Source of the DNA: an uncultured Methanosarcinales archaeon
GTDB lineage: Archaea > Nanobdellota > Nanobdellia > Woesearchaeales > CAYZNE01
Direction of reading: 5' to 3'
DNA: 64,000 bases
Assembly (NCBI GenBank): GCA_964461035.1
Contig: CAYWRI010000003.1
Coordinates: 3,213-67,212 of the forward strand
Positions 38,234 to 48,612 of this stretch are shown in pieces. Every line of letters starts with the position of its first letter. Within the stretch, counting starts at the first letter, position 1. Position numbers and translations under genes: made by a program. The notes below the pieces were generated by a model, which searched no databases, was not told the origin of the DNA, and saw only the letters and a program-made list of their open reading frames with translations.

Positions 38234-41053
38234 TTAAAGAAAAGATAAATCCTTAGAAGAAAGATTAACATCAGGGTTAGCATTTTCAATGTTTAAAGAT
38301 TCTGGATGACAAATTTGATAAAATCTAAATGATTTTAGCTCGTTTTTCCAATAAAATAATAAATTTTCTTCAGATTTATTTAGATTTGATTTATTATTAC
38401 TTAAATTGTTATATTTTCCTTGTAATTCATTTATGGTATTGTTAAGACCTTTAGTGGTTTTTTCTAAGTTAATTTTAGCTTGATTTTCTTCAAAGTTTAC
38501 TTTTTCTAATTCAGATCCTTCTAAACCGTCTTTAATAGTTCCGTAAAATCTATAAGATTCATACTTTGCATCAACATATTCTTTAAATATCTCTGCGAAT
38601 TTAACAAACTTAGGTATTAACTCTGAATACTCGAAAAAAATAGGAACATAAGGTTCTGAGCTATTAAAGTTATTAATAAGCTCATAAATATTTCTTAGAT
38701 TTCCATCTTTAAATATGAATTTTTCTGGATGAACAGATAAATCATGCAAATCTTTTATATCTATATATTTATCTTCTATTTTTGTTCTTGAATCTGACTC
38801 GAGAAATCTTCCAGCTATATAATATTCTTCACAAAAATTACATTTTTGCAGTGAGTCATAAATATCATCAATGTAATATTTATCATTTTGAACTAAAAAA
38901 GACAATATTTTTGGAAGACCATCATCTTGTAAAGTTTCAACTATTCTCTCCAAGTTATCACTAAGAAATCTTCTGTCTGCAAGTTTTTGTTTTACTATTT
39001 CTCTTCCCTCTTCATCTAATGATACTTCTTCATAAAAAGATAACCCGACGCCACGAATATAATCAGATAAAGTTTTTACAATAGCTAAAACATTTGAATA
39101 AATTAATTCCTGTTCATCTTTAATTTGAAATCCGAAATGATTGTCAATTTCAAAGGGCTCCAAGATAATTTTATTTCTCAATCCAAGATGAGCTATCCAA
39201 TTAATTGCATCTGCCTTTCTAATTGTTTCAATTACTTTATTAAAACTATATAACGTTTGATTAGGCATATGTAATGCTGCATGAGCCATAAACTCTTCAA
39301 GATATTTTTTTTTAAATTCTTCAGGAGATATATTTGTAAGAAGGGTATATGAATTTATAGGCACAACATCTTTTTCTACATCATTGATTGCATCTCTTAT
39401 TTTCTTCTCTTGAGAATCTGGTGCTAATTCTATTACTTTAAATTCTCTTCCTAAAGTAGAAATAAGCGCTCCATCTTCTGGTTTAGATTCTTGAGGTAAC
39501 AAATTAAGCCTATAAACATGACTTATTTCAAAATTATTTTTAGAAGAGTAATCATTATCAGAAATAAAAATACAATTAATTCCCTTGAATAATGTCTTAG
39601 ATTCCGAAAGAATTAATTCTTTTCTTTGATCAGAGTTATCATTTGATGGAGTTGTAGGAAGATATATGATTTCATCGGGAGAAAAAGATTTCTCTAAATT
39701 ATTTAATGGTAACATGGTTTGAGGATTATTATTCATTTTTAAATAATCTGAATCTATTTTTATGTGTGAACCTCCATTCAGATTATTTACAATTTCATTA
39801 TAAGTCAAATATTTGTCTTTTAAAGGGGGTTGAATTTGTTCTTTTGCAATAAGCTTATTTTCTATCATTGCATTTAATATTTCTGGAAGTCTTGCAAAAT
39901 CTTTTTCTTCACTAAATCTATTGAAATACTTTCCTTCTTTTATTGACCAAAAAATTGACATAAATTTTTTATCAGCAACATTGGGTTCATAATAATCAAA
40001 CAATCGTTCATGATCCACAGCAGTCGCTTTCCATCTTTCCAATATTTTCTTTGTATACCAAGACATAAACTTTGAAACTTCATCCTCTTGTTTTATGTTA
40101 TCATAATGAAATTTCAAAGTATTGTAGACAACATCCGTTATTTCTTTAGGTATATCATGATAATAATTAAAAAAAGTTCTTCTTTTAATAAACCCTGCTT
40201 CTTTGATTATTTTAGGATAAAGTAATTCTAATGCGCTTGAAAAAGATAAAGATTCTTCTTTATATCTAATAAGAAAAGAAGAAAGATACTTTGCAGTGTG
40301 AGAATTAAGAACAATTCTTGAATTAATCCATTTCGAGCGAGTATTACCTATTTCACGATAATTCAAAAGACTATACTCTGCTAATTTTATTTCTTCTGGA
40401 ATAAGATCCATTCCTTCGCGAAAATCAGACATATCTAAATTTAAATTAATCAGAGAATTTGCACAACGCTTGGCTTGATTAACTAAAACATATTTTTCAA
40501 ATATTTTTTTAGATTCTTCAAAACCAGAATTAGGTTCAACTTCAGACATATTATCAAATTTGTTAATTATGGTCATGACTTCTTTTAAATTATCAATCAT
40601 ATTTTTTAATTTCCTTGTTTTATAATTAATAGCAAACATTATTGCTAAATCTTCTCGTTTGTTAAATTTTCTATGATATCTTTCTTCTAATGAATCTTTT
40701 GAATTAGACCACAACTTATTAATTTCATCAATATTATTAAATTCAAGTTCTAAAAGCTTTTCTTCTTCTTTCCACCTTTCACGAAATTTTGATTTAAACT
40801 GAGATTCTTTATAAGAACTATAAATTCCGCTTCCCCAAGGCCAATTACATCGGTATTTAGCAGTTAATTCAACTAAAGCTTTCTTCGGAACAATTTGAGA
40901 AGTAGAATCTATTACTTTATCAGATTCTTCAATAATAACAGTACATAATTTATTTATTTCATTTTCTTCAAATAATTGAGTTAAAGTTTCTTCAAGACTA
41001 GGTTTGGGCATTTTTTTTCGAAAATCAACAAAGTTTAAATAAATTTCTATCAA
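38234..41053 (-). CDS. Large hypothetical protein (939 aa), cytoplasmic, no recognisable domain
   Basis: Long ORF; no signal peptide or TM and no nucleotide-binding motif recognised. The ending is coiled-coil-like and Asn/Lys-rich. Confidence 0.55.
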   Translation of the reverse strand: MIEIYLNFVDFRKKMPKPSLEETLTQLFEENEINKLCTVIIEESDKVIDSTSQIVPKKALVELTAKYRCNWPWGSGIYSSYKESQFKSKFRERWKEEEKLLELEFNNIDEINKLWSNSKDSLEERYHRKFNKREDLAIMFAINYKTRKLKNMIDNLKEVMTIINKFDNMSEVEPNSGFEESKKIFEKYVLVNQAKRCANSLINLNLDMSDFREGMDLIPEEIKLAEYSLLNYREIGNTRSKWINSRIVLNSHTAKYLSSFLIRYKEESLSFSSALELLYPKIIKEAGFIKRRTFFNYYHDIPKEITDVVYNTLKFHYDNIKQEDEVSKFMSWYTKKILERWKATAVDHERLFDYYEPNVADKKFMSIFWSIKEGKYFNRFSEEKDFARLPEILNAMIENKLIAKEQIQPPLKDKYLTYNEIVNNLNGGSHIKIDSDYLKMNNNPQTMLPLNNLEKSFSPDEIIYLPTTPSNDNSDQRKELILSESKTLFKGINCIFISDNDYSSKNNFEISHVYRLNLLPQESKPEDGALISTLGREFKVIELAPDSQEKKIRDAINDVEKDVVPINSYTLLTNISPEEFKKKYLEEFMAHAALHMPNQTLYSFNKVIETIRKADAINWIAHLGLRNKIILEPFEIDNHFGFQIKDEQELIYSNVLAIVKTLSDYIRGVGLSFYEEVSLDEEGREIVKQKLADRRFLSDNLERIVETLQDDGLPKILSFLVQNDKYYIDDIYDSLQKCNFCEEYYIAGRFLESDSRTKIEDKYIDIKDLHDLSVHPEKFIFKDGNLRNIYELINNFNSSEPYVPIFFEYSELIPKFVKFAEIFKEYVDAKYESYRFYGTIKDGLEGSELEKVNFEENQAKINLEKTTKGLNNTINELQGKYNNLSNNKSNLNKSEENLLFYWKNELKSFRFYQICHPESLNIENANPDVNLSSKDLSFL

Positions 41054-41205
41054 AAGTGACTATTTCCTTAAATAACGTATCCTTATAGTGTATACTGCTT
41101 AGGACTATTAAGAATAATAGAAATGGTTGCAAAATAATTTTCAGATATCCTAGTAATAATTAAATCTCAAAAGGATTTATAAACTAGTAGATTTATTTTT
41201 ATTAT

Positions 41206-41868
41206 GTGATCATTAAATCAATTGTTAAAGCAGTTATTTTTGATATGGATGGTGTTCTAGTAGAAACCATGAAATATCACATGCTAAGTTGGGAAAAAGC
41301 ACTTCACACATTTAATATTTTCCCAACAGATGAAGAATTATATTTAATCGAAGGAATGTCATATAAAGAAACTATTGATGTTTTATCTAAAAAATATTCT
41401 GTTGAATTAACACAGCATGAAAAAGAGCAAATTTACTCGACAAAAAAGAAAACATTATTAGAAATTTGTAAGTTTATTATTTATCCTTATGTTATTGAAA
41501 TACTTCAATTTTTAAAGCAAAAAAATGTGAAAATGGCTTTAGTTTCAGGTTCAAACAAAGAATTCGTTTCAACAGTAATTGAAAAGAACTTTAATAATTT
41601 TTTCAATGTAATAATTACGGGCAGTGATGTAAAAAATGGCAAACCCTCTCCCGAGCCCTATTTAGTTTCATTAAAAAAATTGCAATTAAAACCTAATGAA
41701 GTTTTAGTAGTTGAAAATGCACCTTTAGGTATCGAAAGTGCAAAAACTGCACAACTTAAGACTTTTGCTTTAACAACAACCTTGGACAAGAAACATCTTT
41801 TGAAAGCAGATAAAATCTTCTCCAATCATCTTGAGTTGCTTAAATACATAAAAACCTTAGTGATTTAA
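41206..41868 (+). CDS. HAD-superfamily hydrolase (beta-phosphoglucomutase/phosphatase-like subfamily IA)
   Basis: Motif I 'VIFDMDGVLVET', motif II 'LVSGSN', motif III 'KNGKPSPEPY', motif IV 'VVENAPLGIESAKTA'. Confidence 0.8.
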   Translation: MIIKSIVKAVIFDMDGVLVETMKYHMLSWEKALHTFNIFPTDEELYLIEGMSYKETIDVLSKKYSVELTQHEKEQIYSTKKKTLLEICKFIIYPYVIEILQFLKQKNVKMALVSGSNKEFVSTVIEKNFNNFFNVIITGSDVKNGKPSPEPYLVSLKKLQLKPNEVLVVENAPLGIESAKTAQLKTFALTTTLDKKHLLKADKIFSNHLELLKYIKTLVI

Positions 41869-41955
41869 CGTAACAAAAATCTGCTGAAAGCAGTCTATCT
41901 TAGTCATAAATGACGAGGCTTTAACGACTGTTTTCTTAAAACACAGATTTTTGGA

Positions 41956-42020
41956 ACATACGAAAGCAAGAGCTATTCATCTTAACCCTAAAGAGTTAAG
42001 CTTTCTGGCGTTTCGTATGT
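41956..42020. other. Extended hairpin (10-bp perfect outer stem acatacgaaa/tttcgtatgt, with nested 6-bp cttaac/gttaag) in GC-enriched DNA immediately upstream of glyS. Candidate structured RNA or regulatory element.
   Basis: Inverted repeats read directly from the sequence. The local GC content is clearly above the AT-rich background. Confidence 0.3.
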
Positions 42021-42065
42021 AATCAAATTTTACTCTTCAAGACCAAAAAATATTAAAACTAAGTA

Positions 42066-43610
42066 ATGTCAACTCTGCAAATGGAAAGAAACATTAATCA
42101 GAAAGATAAAATTAAAGCATCAAAAGAAAAATTAAAAGAACTTATGAGCTTTCTTAGTAATAAAGGATTTATCTGGGGTCCATCACCTGAAATATATGGA
42201 GGGATGGCTGGCTTTTACACCTATGGTCCTCTGGGAAAATTACTAAAAAACAATATTGAATCAATAATTAAGAATAAATTCTCTCAGGAAAAATTTTGGG
42301 AAGTCGAAATTCCAATTATTCAACCCGAAGAAGTCTGGAAAGCATCAGGTCATCTAGAAAGTTTTACAGATCCTTTAATTAAATGTGAAAAATGTAAATC
42401 AATATTTAGAGCAGACAATCTCATAGAAGAACTCTATCCTGATCTTCCATTTAAAATTGATGAAATATTGAAAATAATAGAAGAAAAAAACATAAAATGT
42501 CCTAGTTGTAAATCTGATTTCATTAAAAAAATAGAAGCTCATAATTTAATGATGCAAACTAAAATAGGTCTTGATAAAATTGCATATAATAGACCAGAAA
42601 CCGCAACCACTACCTATCTTCCATTCAAAAGATATACTGATTTTTTTAGAACAAAACTTCCCTTTGGAGTATTTCAAATAGGTAAAGCATTTAGAAATGA
42701 AATCAGTCCAAGACAAATGATGATGCGTTTAAGAGAATTCACTCAAGCTGAAGCTCAATTATTCATATTTAAAGACGATAAAGATCAATTTGAAGAATAC
42801 GAAAGATACAAGGATCTTGAACTCAATGTTATAACTAAAGATTCTCAAGAAACAGCGTATAAAGTTCAAACTTTGACTATTGAAGAGCTTTACGAAAAGA
42901 AATATATAAAAAATAAAGCATATGCTTATGCTCTGGGTATGACCTCATCATTATTTTTAGAAATCGGATTTCCAAAAGATAAAATGCGTCTTAGACAACA
43001 CACAGATGATGAAAAAGCATTTTATGCAGATGATGCCTGGGATATAGAGTTTTTCTTGAACACGTTTGGTTGGTATGAGATTGTTGGTATTCATGATAGA
43101 ACAGATTATGATCTTAAACAACATTCAAAACATTCTGGAATAGAATTAACAGAACTAAATGAAAAAACAGGTAAAAGAGAAACTCCTCATGTTATAGAAA
43201 TTGCATTTGGTATTGATAGACCATTATTCGCATTACTTGATATGTTTTATGAAAAAAAAGAAATCTCTGAAGGTAAAAACATTTTTGCAATTCCTGCAAA
43301 ATTAGCACCAATAAAAGTAGCAGTTTTTCCTTTAATGAAAAAACCAGATCTTATAAAAAAAGCTGAAGAAATATATTCTACGCTTTCAAAAGATTTCATG
43401 GTTAGATATGATGCTTCAGGCAGTATTGGAAAAAGATATCTTAGAGAAAGCGAAAGTGGAACGCCTTTCTGTATAACTATTGATTATGACTCGCTTGAAG
43501 ACAATTCTGTTACAATAAGAGACAGAGACACAGAACACCAAAAAAGAGTTCAAATATCAGAACTAAAGACCACTCTCGCATCTCTCATAGATGGAACAAC
43601 TCAGATATAA
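42066..43610 (+). CDS. glyS: Glycyl-tRNA synthetase (archaeal/eukaryotic-type class II)
   Basis: 'EIYGGMAGFYTYGPLG' (GlyRS motif 1 region), 'FRNEISPRQMMMRLREFTQAE' (motif 2), 'EIAFGIDRP' (motif 3), and a C-terminal anticodon-binding domain. Confidence 0.88.
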   Translation: MSTLQMERNINQKDKIKASKEKLKELMSFLSNKGFIWGPSPEIYGGMAGFYTYGPLGKLLKNNIESIIKNKFSQEKFWEVEIPIIQPEEVWKASGHLESFTDPLIKCEKCKSIFRADNLIEELYPDLPFKIDEILKIIEEKNIKCPSCKSDFIKKIEAHNLMMQTKIGLDKIAYNRPETATTTYLPFKRYTDFFRTKLPFGVFQIGKAFRNEISPRQMMMRLREFTQAEAQLFIFKDDKDQFEEYERYKDLELNVITKDSQETAYKVQTLTIEELYEKKYIKNKAYAYALGMTSSLFLEIGFPKDKMRLRQHTDDEKAFYADDAWDIEFFLNTFGWYEIVGIHDRTDYDLKQHSKHSGIELTELNEKTGKRETPHVIEIAFGIDRPLFALLDMFYEKKEISEGKNIFAIPAKLAPIKVAVFPLMKKPDLIKKAEEIYSTLSKDFMVRYDASGSIGKRYLRESESGTPFCITIDYDSLEDNSVTIRDRDTEHQKRVQISELKTTLASLIDGTTQI

Positions 43611-43625
43611 TCTGTGTTGAATAGA

Positions 43626-44330
43626 CTATCCAACATAGCTTAGATCTTTTTTCTTTACAGATTCTATTGCTTCGTTGCTTCTTTCCACTATTTTTTGAAG
43701 TTTATCTTGGAATAATTCCGCTTGTTTCAAAAGTGGTTTGTAATCAACATTCAAGTTAAGATATTTATCTACAACTTCTATAATTTTAGCAGATGCTTTA
43801 CTATCCGGAAGCTTTGATTCTGTGCTAGCAAATATGCAAGAAACATTATTTACTCTTTGTAAAAGCCCTGCTACAACTCCTAGCAAAATGCTTTCTTTTA
43901 GATGTTCAACTCCGAACTCTGCAAATTTGTGATCTCCAACATAATATAATTTAATATTTCCTTTTTGTTCAGGACCGCCTGCAACACCTTCTAAATTAAG
44001 AATTCTTTTTGCATTAATCTCTTTAGCAAATTTAGCCATGCAATCTGCAATTTTCCATTCTACACCTTTAGTAGAAACCATTATATTTATTAAAACAATA
44101 TTGTGAGATTTATCATAATAAACTGCCATTGGTTTTACAATTTTACCTTGATGAATTGCAAGAGTTGGAGGAATTTCTTCATAATGAAACACTGCCACTT
44201 CAACAGCACCCAAATGATTAATAAGAAATTCAGTTGATATTGTTCCAATAAGTCCAAAACTTGGAAATCCACAAATTATGGTTGCATTAGGTTTGATTTT
44301 TCCAAAAACTTTAATGTGCATAAGATTCAC
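43626..44330 (-). CDS. PAC2-family protein (proteasome-assembly-chaperone-like; archaeal PbaA/B type)
   Basis: 'ATIICGFPSFGLIGTISTEFLINHLG' matches the GFPGxGLVG core of the PAC2/DUF75 family. Confidence 0.6.
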   Translation of the reverse strand: MNLMHIKVFGKIKPNATIICGFPSFGLIGTISTEFLINHLGAVEVAVFHYEEIPPTLAIHQGKIVKPMAVYYDKSHNIVLINIMVSTKGVEWKIADCMAKFAKEINAKRILNLEGVAGGPEQKGNIKLYYVGDHKFAEFGVEHLKESILLGVVAGLLQRVNNVSCIFASTESKLPDSKASAKIIEVVDKYLNLNVDYKPLLKQAELFQDKLQKIVERSNEAIESVKKKDLSYVG

Positions 44331-44422
44331 CTCAAGATTATAATAATATTTATCTATTTAATATAGTATTTTTAAAAAGGTTGTGATTTGACAAATTCCC
44401 CTAAGAATAAATATAGATCCAA

Positions 44423-45544
44423 TTAACTTATCAGTCTATTGAATTCTTCATAATATGCTGAAGAAATATCCTGATTGTGAATTATCAATAAGTTTTCAGA
44501 ATTCTTATTAAAACCATTATTTGAAAAATTAGGTGATCCTACTATTACAACTTCTTCGTCTATAACTATGAACTTGTGATGCATATTTCCTTTATTCGAG
44601 TCTTCATAAATTTCAACTCCTGATTCTTGAAGATAATTAAAAACTGAACCAAGACCATTTTTACTTTTTGATTCCATAACAATTCTAACATCAACTTGAT
44701 TATCTTGAGCAGAAATTAAAGCATCTGCAATATCTTTAGATGTAAAACTAAATATTGCAACAACAACAGAATATTTTGCTTGATGAATCAAGTCAACAAT
44801 TCTATTTATTGTAGAATCATGTGGTAAAAAATAATTCTCAATAATGTAATTATCATGGATAAAGTACTTTGTTATGTTTGGAGTTGTTCCATATTTTAAA
44901 TATTCAAATTCTGCTAAATAATTATTTTTTAGAATCTCGGATTTAATTACTATAAAATTATTATTATTTCTCCGTGTACCAAATTTGGTTGGATTCATGC
45001 TTCCTGTTAAAACAGTATTGTTATCTAAAATACAAAATTTATTGTGCATAACTCCTGAATTTCTCATAAACTTTTTGTTGGTAATATTTTCAAGTAAAAT
45101 ATCCTGTTCAAGTTGAATATCAAAAATCAAATCAGTATTTTTCTTTTCTAAAATAGAAACTAATGGTTTTAAATTAATATCATAAAATGCACAGGATATA
45201 TTTTCAGAAGAATTAATTGTTTTAATAAGACCAGCACTACAATTATTATAATTACAAAAATATAACTTTAATGGGCCATTATCAAACGCAAGACGATTAT
45301 AAATAGAGTTATTTGATGAATTATCTGTTGAATCAACAAAAGAATTATTCAATTCGTTAAATCTTGTTGAATTTGAATAAAAGCTCAAATTTAATAAATT
45401 CATACTGAATAAATTTATTGGTCGAGTTGAAAAAATGACTACCAAACTAATCAAAATAATAAAAAAAAATATTAAAATAAACATTAGTGATTTTGATATC
45501 TTTACTCTTTTTTTCTGGTTTTTCTTCATTTTATCTTTAATCAT
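44423..45544 (-). CDS. Phospholipase-D-superfamily protein with two HKD motifs and an N-terminal TM anchor
   Basis: HKD-1 'HNKFCILDNNTVLTGSMNPT', HKD-2 'HHKFIVIDEEVVIVGSPNFSNNG'. N-terminal 'LMFILIFFFIILISLVVIF'. Confidence 0.75.
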   Translation of the reverse strand: MIKDKMKKNQKKRVKISKSLMFILIFFFIILISLVVIFSTRPINLFSMNLLNLSFYSNSTRFNELNNSFVDSTDNSSNNSIYNRLAFDNGPLKLYFCNYNNCSAGLIKTINSSENISCAFYDINLKPLVSILEKKNTDLIFDIQLEQDILLENITNKKFMRNSGVMHNKFCILDNNTVLTGSMNPTKFGTRRNNNNFIVIKSEILKNNYLAEFEYLKYGTTPNITKYFIHDNYIIENYFLPHDSTINRIVDLIHQAKYSVVVAIFSFTSKDIADALISAQDNQVDVRIVMESKSKNGLGSVFNYLQESGVEIYEDSNKGNMHHKFIVIDEEVVIVGSPNFSNNGFNKNSENLLIIHNQDISSAYYEEFNRLIS

Positions 45545-45796
45545 ATTGTTAAATAATACAATGTGATAAGAATATCTCTGAATTTATATTTATCTGCTAA
45601 ACTTTTCTGAAATAATTTTGATATTATTCGAATATTTATTTTCAAAAAAGCCGACATCATAATTTATGTAAAAACTTGCTGTTAGTTATGCTGTTTCATA
45701 ATTCAAAGGCTTAAGTTAGGGTGCAAGTTGTTTCCATCATTAAGGGATAACAAAATAGAAAGTTTTATAAAATTAATTTAATTCTTTAGTGTTAAA

Positions 45797-46618
45797 ATGT
45801 TTCAATTACCTGTTTTAGAATTATATGCATCAGCAGAAGAAGATGATTCTGCACTTAAATTCACACAGGGTTTAGTAACTAAAGTTTTTGAATCTAAGGG
45901 TTTATTTCAAACAAATTCTACTCAAGAAAGATTAGAGTCTTTAGATATTACACATATTAATTCAGATACTGCTACTAAAATAGATAAAATAAATCCAAAT
46001 ATGAATAAGCTTCTTATAATTGCAGGTTCAAATATGCGTCATCAATCTACTTATCATTTTGTAAAATATTTTGCAGGACATTTAGATGATTTGGTTTATG
46101 TTCATTTTGATCTTCATCCTGATGCACATCCAAGCACTTTTCCTGCTGAATTAGCATTGGAATTAGATATTTCAAATTATTCAAGAAGAGATTTAGGGCT
46201 TGGAACTTTTGTTTATCCAATACTTGGTCTTCCTACAGTAAAAACGGCGGTAATGTTTGGATATAGAGATATTCCTGAAGAAAATAATTATAATCCTCAC
46301 AGGATATATTCTAAAGTTTTCGGTCCAGCTGAAATAGTTACAAAAGATGAACTTAACAAATATTTTAAAGGAAAAAACATTTATGTATCAATTGATGGTG
46401 ATGTATTGAAAGATTGGAAAGGATTTATGTGTGGAAATGGGAAAATGGAAACTGAAACTCTTATTGAAAATATAAATTTAATTGCAGAAGCTGGAAATCT
46501 TGTTGGTGTTGATTTAACAGGATTTGCCAGAACCCAATCTGAAACAATATCTATGCCTAAACAACTTATTTTACTGGGTGAATTAAGATTAGAATTATAT
46601 AAAATAATAAGTAAGTAA
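45797..46618 (+). CDS. Arginase/agmatinase/formiminoglutamase-fold (ureohydrolase) family protein, divergent
   Basis: 'HFDLHPDAH' (DxHxD metal-ligand motif) and 'VSIDGDVLKD' (SxDxD motif). The first GGDHS-type motif is divergent ('AGSNMRHQS'). Confidence 0.5.
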   Translation: MFQLPVLELYASAEEDDSALKFTQGLVTKVFESKGLFQTNSTQERLESLDITHINSDTATKIDKINPNMNKLLIIAGSNMRHQSTYHFVKYFAGHLDDLVYVHFDLHPDAHPSTFPAELALELDISNYSRRDLGLGTFVYPILGLPTVKTAVMFGYRDIPEENNYNPHRIYSKVFGPAEIVTKDELNKYFKGKNIYVSIDGDVLKDWKGFMCGNGKMETETLIENINLIAEAGNLVGVDLTGFARTQSETISMPKQLILLGELRLELYKIISK

Positions 46619-46761
46619 TTATTAGTCATATTCTTATTCATAATTTAAGTTAAGATATGTGTGTAATTGGAAACGTTTGTGATTAAATTTTCTTTAATTA
46701 TAATAAAATATTGATTTGAGTTCATAAAATATATAAAACAAATTTGAATTAGTTCTTAGTT

Positions 46762-48606
46762 ATGTGTGGAATATTCGGATATATTGGTTCTGAAGAAGCA
46801 GTTCCAATATTACTTAAAGGTCTTAAAAGATTAGAATACAGAGGTTATGATTCTGCAGGCATTGCATTAATAGATAAAAACTTAGTAATTACTAAAGTCA
46901 AAGGAAACCTAAATCTATTAGGTGAAAAACTTAAACTTGAAACTCATAAATCAAATATTGGAATTGCTCATACGAGATGGGCAACACATGGTGTTCCAAA
47001 TGAAATTAATGCACATCCTCATGTAAATGAATTAAAAACTATTTCAATAGTTCATAATGGAATAATTGAAAATTATAAAACCATAAAACAATATTTACAA
47101 AAAAAAGGTTATAACTTTTCAACAGATACAGATAGTGAAGTTTTGGTTCATTTAATAGATTATAATTATAAATTAAATTCAAACAATTTAGTTAATGCAG
47201 TGAAAAAATCCTTATTAATGATTGAAGGAACTTATGGTCTTGCGGTTTTATCAATTTATGAACCAGAAAAAATAATAGTTGCAAAAAAAGGAAGTCCTGT
47301 TATAATCGGGAAATCTGATAAAAATGAGTTCTTTATTGCAAGTGACGTGAGTGCAGTTATTGAATATACTAAAAACATAACTTTTCTTAAAGATGGAGAA
47401 ATTGCGGTTTTGGACAAAAAAGAAATAAAAATATTTAATCTTAATAATGAAGATTGTAAAGATCCAAAATATGAACAAGTAGAAATGGAACTTGAAGAAA
47501 TTGAAAAAAAAGGATTTGAGCATTTTATGTTAAAAGAAATTTATGAACAAGATAAAACTCTATTAAATTCACTTAGAGGAAGAATAAATACTGAAACAGG
47601 AAATGTTACATTAGGTGGATTAACTGATAAACTAGAAACACTAAAACATGCAAAAAGAATTATTCTTATTGCATGTGGAACATCATGGCATTCTGCTTTA
47701 ATTGGAGAATACTTATTAGAATCAATAGCGGGAATACCAACAGAAGTTGAATATGCAAGCGAATTCAGATATAGAAATCCGATAATTGAAGAAGGAACAG
47801 TTGTTTTTGTTATATCTCAATCTGGAGAAACTGCTGACACTTTAGCAGCATTACGTGAATCAAAAAATCAAAGTGCAACAGTCTTTGGGATTTGTAATGT
47901 TGTGGGTTCAAGCATAGCAAGACAAACTGATGCGGGAGTTTATATTCATGCAGGTCCTGAAATAGGTGTTGCATCCACAAAAGCATTTACATCACAAGTA
48001 ATTGTTCTTGTATTAATAGCAATTCTTCTTGGAAGACAAAGAAACTTATCTGAAGAAGAAGGGAAAAAATTAGTTAAAGAATTAAAAAATATTCCAAAAA
48101 AAATTGAAAGTGCTTTAAAATATTTAGATGAAAAATCAATTAAAAGAATTACTAAATTATTTGCAAATACAAATAATGCACTTTTTTTAGGACGAGGAAT
48201 TAATTATCCTGTTGCGTTAGAAGGTGCATTAAAAGTAAAAGAAATATCTTATATTCATGCTGAAGGTTATCCTGCTGCAGAAATGAAGCACGGTCCTATT
48301 GCACTAATAGCTGAAAACATGCCCTGTATTGTTATTGCAACAGAAGATTCAATGTATAATAAATTACTTTCAAATATTGAAGAAATAAAAGCAAGAAAAG
48401 GAAAAATTATTGTTATTGCAACAGAAGGTGATGAAAGAATAAAAGAACTTGCAACTGAAGTCATATATGTTCCTAAAACACTTTCTCTTTTATCACCTAT
48501 AATAAATGTTATTCCTTTGCAACTACTTGCATATTATCTTGCAAAAGAAAGAGGATGTAGTATTGACAAACCAAGAAATCTTGCAAAAAGTGTTACAGTA
48601 GAATAA
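46762..48606 (+). CDS. glmS: Glutamine--fructose-6-phosphate aminotransferase (isomerising), GlmS
   Basis: N-terminal nucleophile 'MCGIFGYIG', 'AHTRWATHG', two SIS domains, and a C-terminal '...KSVTVE' typical of GlmS. Confidence 0.92.
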   Translation: MCGIFGYIGSEEAVPILLKGLKRLEYRGYDSAGIALIDKNLVITKVKGNLNLLGEKLKLETHKSNIGIAHTRWATHGVPNEINAHPHVNELKTISIVHNGIIENYKTIKQYLQKKGYNFSTDTDSEVLVHLIDYNYKLNSNNLVNAVKKSLLMIEGTYGLAVLSIYEPEKIIVAKKGSPVIIGKSDKNEFFIASDVSAVIEYTKNITFLKDGEIAVLDKKEIKIFNLNNEDCKDPKYEQVEMELEEIEKKGFEHFMLKEIYEQDKTLLNSLRGRINTETGNVTLGGLTDKLETLKHAKRIILIACGTSWHSALIGEYLLESIAGIPTEVEYASEFRYRNPIIEEGTVVFVISQSGETADTLAALRESKNQSATVFGICNVVGSSIARQTDAGVYIHAGPEIGVASTKAFTSQVIVLVLIAILLGRQRNLSEEEGKKLVKELKNIPKKIESALKYLDEKSIKRITKLFANTNNALFLGRGINYPVALEGALKVKEISYIHAEGYPAAEMKHGPIALIAENMPCIVIATEDSMYNKLLSNIEEIKARKGKIIVIATEGDERIKELATEVIYVPKTLSLLSPIINVIPLQLLAYYLAKERGCSIDKPRNLAKSVTVE

Positions 48607-48612
48607 AAGAAA

